64,000 nucleotides of DNA from Bdellovibrionales bacterium (GTDB taxonomy: Bacteria > Bdellovibrionota > Bdellovibrionia > Bdellovibrionales > JAGQZY01). The DNA lies in NCBI GenBank assembly GCA_964230645.1, contig CAXRHT010000002.1, positions 960,001-1,024,000 on the forward strand. Direction: 5' to 3'. Under the pieces are notes generated by a model. The model was not told the origin of the DNA, did no database searches, and was given only the letters and a program-made list of their open reading frames with translations. Shown one piece after another: positions 59,602-64,000 of the stretch. How positions within the stretch are numbered: the stretch's first letter is position 1; each line of letters begins with the position of its first letter. Position numbers and translations under genes: made by a program.

Positions 59602-60609
59602 CTATTTGGGGTAGGCGGTATTGATCCGATGGATATCCTCACCACTTAAAAGAGCTTCTGACTGCGGAATCACGTCCCCGTCTTTGGTGAGAAGGGCTGG
59701 GGCGCTGGGATCCTCACTAAAGGTGAAAGAGGAGTAAAGCATGATCGATTCGAAATCAAAAGGGCGCCCTTTCACTCCTATAAAATCCACTGGAATTTTC
59801 TTAAACTGCGGATGGTTTTTCTTATCGATATTATCCCAGATAACCTGGATATACTCGTCTCGGTCTCCCCGATTTTGTTCATGAAAAAAGCCGATGGTAT
59901 GCATAAGCTCGTGCAAAATTTCGCGCACCCCACATCGTGGTGTCAGGAAAATCTCCTGCTTACCCCCATTCATCCCAGCGTACGAGTAGCAGTCCATTTT
60001 TCCTTTGGTGATATGGACGAAGTTTTTATGCTCTTCTTTCTTCCTGACAAATTTTATATTGGTCTGAAGGTTCAGATACTCAATGGCATCGGCGACATCA
60101 TCATAATTGGGGAGGTCTTCATCAACCATAAAGGGTATAACACCTTGAGGCCATTTTCTGGCGCGGCCCATTTTCAAATATTTCTGTTTTAAGATTCGAT
60201 CAAGGTCCCCTTTGTCCCCGATTAAAACATCCCCGTGATAGACGAGATGATCCCCGCTTTCGATGATTTGGGTGATATATCTTTTACCCTCCTCATCAAA
60301 GGGAACAAAAGACTCGTCTAGATGGGCGTAGGGACCCTTTTTTTGTTCTTGTTTGATTTCTTGGGGAACCGAAGCCTGAGGTGCCTGCTGCACGGGCGGG
60401 GTTGAAATCGGCTCTTCTTTTGGTTCTTCTTTCTTAGCTACTTTTGATTCGAAGGGCTCGTTTCCAGCTTCACTCACGGGTGATACTTGTTCGGTGGCCG
60501 TTGAAGGGTCCACCCTTACCACCGATTTCTCTTCGCCACTAAAAAAGAGCCAATAGACAATCAGAAAAATAGAAAAAAGGACGATAAGATCTGGCAATTT
60601 AATTTTCAT
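59602..60609 (-). CDS. Astacin-like (M12A) metalloprotease, N-terminally anchored
   Basis: HELMHTIGFFHEQNRGDRD; SIMLY Met-turn. Confidence 0.93.
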   Translation of the reverse strand: MKIKLPDLIVLFSIFLIVYWLFFSGEEKSVVRVDPSTATEQVSPVSEAGNEPFESKVAKKEEPKEEPISTPPVQQAPQASVPQEIKQEQKKGPYAHLDESFVPFDEEGKRYITQIIESGDHLVYHGDVLIGDKGDLDRILKQKYLKMGRARKWPQGVIPFMVDEDLPNYDDVADAIEYLNLQTNIKFVRKKEEHKNFVHITKGKMDCYSYAGMNGGKQEIFLTPRCGVREILHELMHTIGFFHEQNRGDRDEYIQVIWDNIDKKNHPQFKKIPVDFIGVKGRPFDFESIMLYSSFTFSEDPSAPALLTKDGDVIPQSEALLSGEDIHRINTAYPK

Positions 60610-60667
60610 GGGGACTTAATTAATGCATAAAGATCGGGCTTATGACAACAAAGATTCCATTTTTAAT

Positions 60668-60699
60668 AAAAAAGGGTCGATCTGGTGAGATCGACCCTT
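60668..60699 (-). terminator. Intrinsic terminator
   Basis: AAGGGTCGATCT-N4-AGATCGACCCTT with T-run on the minus strand. Confidence 0.85.
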
Positions 60700-60848
60700 C
60701 CATTAAGCGGCTAGTGGAATTTAGAGTTATTCTCAATCGGGATGAAACTCCAATGACAGAGACTCCGATTTCCTTATCTCAAGGCTTGGGATAAAGAGAC
60801 TTAAATAACTTAAAATCACTCCTTTAAGGCTTTATTAGCCCATTCACA

Positions 60849-61286
60849 CTAACGCGTGGGCGGTGCGGGTATGCCCCGCAAATCCTGCATTTTCTCCACT
60901 GCGCCGTTTGGATTATGAATCACTAACATAGCCGAGTGATCCCTAGCGGCTTTCCTGGCTTCCTTCAAAGCCAGTTTCTTATTTTTAAATTTATGTTTGG
61001 CCTGCTTACGGTCTCCAGCACGAACGATCCAGTGATCATCCTGCTTAAGAACATGGTAGTTGATTTGACCACGACGGCGGTTGAAATTCATTTTTTTCAT
61101 GAGTGTGTCTTGGGAATCAAAAACTTTCATATCGGACTGTTTCTCTTTAGCGAGAACCTTTCCTTTACGCTCGGCTTCTTCCCGTGTGTCGAAACTATAA
61201 GAGGGGCGTTTGTTCCCTTCTTTTTTTACACACCAACGATCTCCCGTTTCCGTGGGATAAATTAAGATGTCTTGTTTTCTTGACAT
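60849..61286 (-). CDS. Tandem DUF2188-like domain protein
   Basis: WCVKKEG...FDTREEA and YHV..WIV...LVIHNPNG repeats. Confidence 0.75.
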   Translation of the reverse strand: MSRKQDILIYPTETGDRWCVKKEGNKRPSYSFDTREEAERKGKVLAKEKQSDMKVFDSQDTLMKKMNFNRRRGQINYHVLKQDDHWIVRAGDRKQAKHKFKNKKLALKEARKAARDHSAMLVIHNPNGAVEKMQDLRGIPAPPTR

Positions 61287-61420
61287 GAATCCTCCTTGGA
61301 ATTCCTAGACTAGCAATATCAAGAATGGGACACATTATAGGGAGGTGAAAGCTGTGTGTAAAAATTTCAACAAATACCACTCAGTTTTCATCTCTAAAAA
61401 AAGCTTTTCTTAATGAAGGT

Positions 61421-61912
61421 CTAGTGGATCAGGGTGGGATCCACTTCCTGTTTTGCTAACTCTTGATCTGTCGCTTTGCGCACACGCAAAACGTTAAGAA
61501 CAAACTTTAGACTTAAGCCGGCTAAGGGATGATTGCCATCGACAAGAACTTTATCGTCTTTAATGTCTTTTACGATCACTGATAAAACTTTGCCGGCCGG
61601 TCCTTGGGTTTGAAACTTCATACCAAGCTCAAGTTCTAAATCTTTTGGAAATTTTGAACGGTCCATCCAAGTTTGCAACTCCTCCCGGTGAAGCCCGAAA
61701 GCGTCCCTTGGGTGAAGTTCGATCTCTGCTTTAAAACCATGAGTTTTACCTCTCAGTGTTTCTTCCACTTTTGGCAGTAAAACACCTTGGCCAAATAAAA
61801 ATTCAAGGGGATCATCCACACTTCGATCCTCAATGGAGATTTCCTTTTTGTTCTCGTCTACTGTAAACAGTTGGTAGGACAGGGTCACTACACAGTTTTC
61901 ATCGATTAGCAT
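61421..61912 (-). CDS. slyD: FKBP-type peptidyl-prolyl isomerase SlyD (no His-rich tail)
   Basis: PLEFLFG, VDGNHPLAG, RKATDQE. Confidence 0.9.
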   Translation of the reverse strand: MLIDENCVVTLSYQLFTVDENKKEISIEDRSVDDPLEFLFGQGVLLPKVEETLRGKTHGFKAEIELHPRDAFGLHREELQTWMDRSKFPKDLELELGMKFQTQGPAGKVLSVIVKDIKDDKVLVDGNHPLAGLSLKFVLNVLRVRKATDQELAKQEVDPTLIH

Positions 61913-62528
61913 GACGCTCCTTTAGCATAATTAAAAATTGTTTTCGAGGGATGTACTCTCCCCCCATTTTTTCTAGGAGAGGGGTGACCATTTGTATGTC
62001 GATCCACTCGTGGCCTTGGGACAAAAGATATTCGACGGCTTTCACCAAGCAGACTTTAGAGGCTTCCGATTTTTTAAAAAACATACTCTCGCCACTAAAG
62101 ACACCATCAAAAAGCACTCCATAAAGACCACCGGCAAGCTCGCCCTCCTCCCAAGCTTCAAAGCTCAGTGCCTCTCCCCTTTTAAAGAGATTTTTATAAG
62201 CTTCAATCATCTCTGGTAAAATCCAGGTTCCCGACTCTTCACTACGAGGTACTTTCGAGCAATTTTCTATCACTTGGTTGAAATCTTTATTTCTAGTGAC
62301 CTCAAAAACATCTTGGCGAATTTTTCTTTTTGTGGATTTTGGTATTTTGAATTTATCTAAAAAAAGCACTCCCCTTTCCGGTGGGCAAAACCACAGCAAG
62401 GGATAACCGGGATGGGGCCAAGGGAAAATGCCGTTGGTATAGGCTTGCTTGAGGGTTTGGGGATCTAAATCTCCACCCATGGCAAGAATCCCTTCAGGAG
62501 TTGTGTGTTCAGGATTAGGAAACTTCAA
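61899..62528 (-). CDS. aat: Leucyl/phenylalanyl-tRNA-protein transferase
   Basis: GGDL, AYTNGIFPW, GGLYG, FSGESMF, ASKV. Confidence 0.95.
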   Translation of the reverse strand: MKFPNPEHTTPEGILAMGGDLDPQTLKQAYTNGIFPWPHPGYPLLWFCPPERGVLFLDKFKIPKSTKRKIRQDVFEVTRNKDFNQVIENCSKVPRSEESGTWILPEMIEAYKNLFKRGEALSFEAWEEGELAGGLYGVLFDGVFSGESMFFKKSEASKVCLVKAVEYLLSQGHEWIDIQMVTPLLEKMGGEYIPRKQFLIMLKERHANR

Positions 62529-63909
62529 AATACTCTACCACTTTCTTTTTGATATCCGTTGGGTCTTTTGCTAACTCCACCATTTTTAAAAGCTTTTCCT
62601 GTTGCGAGCGCAGATGAAGTTTATGGCTCTCCTCATCCAAAAGATGATCAGGGATTTCAGCCACCAATTTCCACTCTCTATAATTGTGGAAATTTTCCAA
62701 AACCTCCCAGCGGTCAAAAAGTTTAATCACTGTCTCTACCCGAAAGTCTCTCTTATGATAAAAATGCATTTTTTCTCTTAAGAATTCATAGCCTTCGGCC
62801 TGCACCCGCAAAGGGTTATCTTCAATAAGTCTATAAACCTGGCGAATGAAAGAAGGGTCCGGGTTAGCCCACTTAATAAAATCCATTTGTATGGAAATAT
62901 CATCCCCATCAAAGAGAAGGGCACATTGGGAGGGTTTTCCGTCCCGTCCAGCCCGGCCCACCTCTTGATAATAGGACTCTATGGAACCAGGAACCTCGGC
63001 ATGTAAAACCATACGAATATTGGCTTTATTCACTCCTAAACCGAAAGCGGGAGTGGCTAAGATAATGGGGTTTTCTTCTTTTTGAAAAACTCTTTGATTT
63101 TTTTTGCGACGATCATTGGATAGTTGTCCATGATAGATCAAATGCTCCAGGCCCAGGGATTCCATACCACGTGAAAACTTTTTTAAAGTATCCACGAGTG
63201 AGAAATAGACGATCTTTGCCCCTGGAAACTGGTGATGATAAAACATAAAAGCCCTAAGCTTTTCATCAAGCCCTACCACATCTTTAATTTCTAATTGAAG
63301 ATTGGGACGCTCAAAACCTGTGGAGAAGACCTCTGAACTCTCTTCGATACCCAACTTTCTTAAAATGTCTTTTTGGACTTTGTTGGTGGCCGTGGCCGTT
63401 AGCGCCATAATGGGAGGTTCCCCCAGAGCTTCGTGGATTTCGATCATACGAGTGTAATCCGGCCGGAAATCATGACCCCACTCAGAAATACAGTGGGCCT
63501 CATCAACGGCCATCAAGCCCACATTGTTAGGTTTAAGCGCTTCCAAAAAATCAGCTTTCCTAAAACGCTCTGGCGTAACATAGAGTAAACTTAAACGCTT
63601 CCCTCTTAAGTCTTTGTAAGCTTTCTCCCTTTGCTCACGACTTAAGGAAGAGTTGATATAAGTGGCAGCCACACCTTTTTTGCGGGCATCATCCACTTGA
63701 TCTTTCATCAGAGCAATCAAAGGCGAAATGACAACCACTAATTGATCACTGACCACAGATGGGATTTGATAACAGAGGCTTTTTCCAGATCCTGTTGGCA
63801 TGAGCACGAGAGAGTTTTTGCCTTTAAGTGCATACTCAATCACTTCTTCTTGTAAGGGGCGAAACGATTTATAACCCCAGTGTTTTTCTAAAGCCTCTTT
63901 GATATTCAC
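62515..63909 (-). CDS. Second RecQ-family helicase lacking the Zn/HRDC C-terminus (GTG start at 63909)
   Basis: MPTGSGKS, DEAHCISEWGHDFRP, QEVGRAGRDG. Confidence 0.9.
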   Translation of the reverse strand: MNIKEALEKHWGYKSFRPLQEEVIEYALKGKNSLVLMPTGSGKSLCYQIPSVVSDQLVVVISPLIALMKDQVDDARKKGVAATYINSSLSREQREKAYKDLRGKRLSLLYVTPERFRKADFLEALKPNNVGLMAVDEAHCISEWGHDFRPDYTRMIEIHEALGEPPIMALTATATNKVQKDILRKLGIEESSEVFSTGFERPNLQLEIKDVVGLDEKLRAFMFYHHQFPGAKIVYFSLVDTLKKFSRGMESLGLEHLIYHGQLSNDRRKKNQRVFQKEENPIILATPAFGLGVNKANIRMVLHAEVPGSIESYYQEVGRAGRDGKPSQCALLFDGDDISIQMDFIKWANPDPSFIRQVYRLIEDNPLRVQAEGYEFLREKMHFYHKRDFRVETVIKLFDRWEVLENFHNYREWKLVAEIPDHLLDEESHKLHLRSQQEKLLKMVELAKDPTDIKKKVVEYFEVS

Positions 63910-64000
63910 TAGGCGCCTACCCAATTAAGAATAATTCCAATAATGACAATCTGGGGTAAGGTGATCAGAGGTAAAAACAAGGCGATCTTCCAAGTTCTTG
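63909..64000 (-). CDS. 3' end of a membrane protein gene cut by the window edge
   Basis: RTWKIALFLPLITLPQIVIIGIILNWVGA*; TAGTG overlap with the recQ start. Confidence 0.5.
   Translation of the reverse strand, partial: RTWKIALFLPLITLPQIVIIGIILNWVGA

Overview
64 kb of bacterial chromosome, most likely from a Bdellovibrionota (Bdellovibrio-like predator). This is an inference from three PilZ proteins, QNC-type lipoproteins, FliA-like promoters and a large set of exported hydrolases (S8, two S1, M12A, M23, two HExxH peptidases, PLD, SLT). Housekeeping genes (murJ, rpsT, two recQ, aconitase, tRNA-Glu, tRNA-Lys, purA, serA-like, lptE, holA, pdxH, slyD, aat) are interspersed with many exported hypothetical proteins. 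No CRISPR array, integrase, transposase or rRNA was seen. The most notable element is a self-contained minus-strand module at about 9.9-16.4 kb: lipoprotein, secreted protein, membrane Ser/Thr kinase with a PEGA-like domain, GAF-AAA+ sigma54 activator, and two paralogous outer-membrane beta-barrel-like proteins. Three of its exported proteins share the motif D-x-YNFYF. Both transcription units have a sigma54 -24/-12 promoter and the same 36-bp double-palindrome upstream element (CCGAC-N6-GTC-N5-GCATGACA-N4-TGTCA). All family calls come from motif recognition by eye; no database searches were run.
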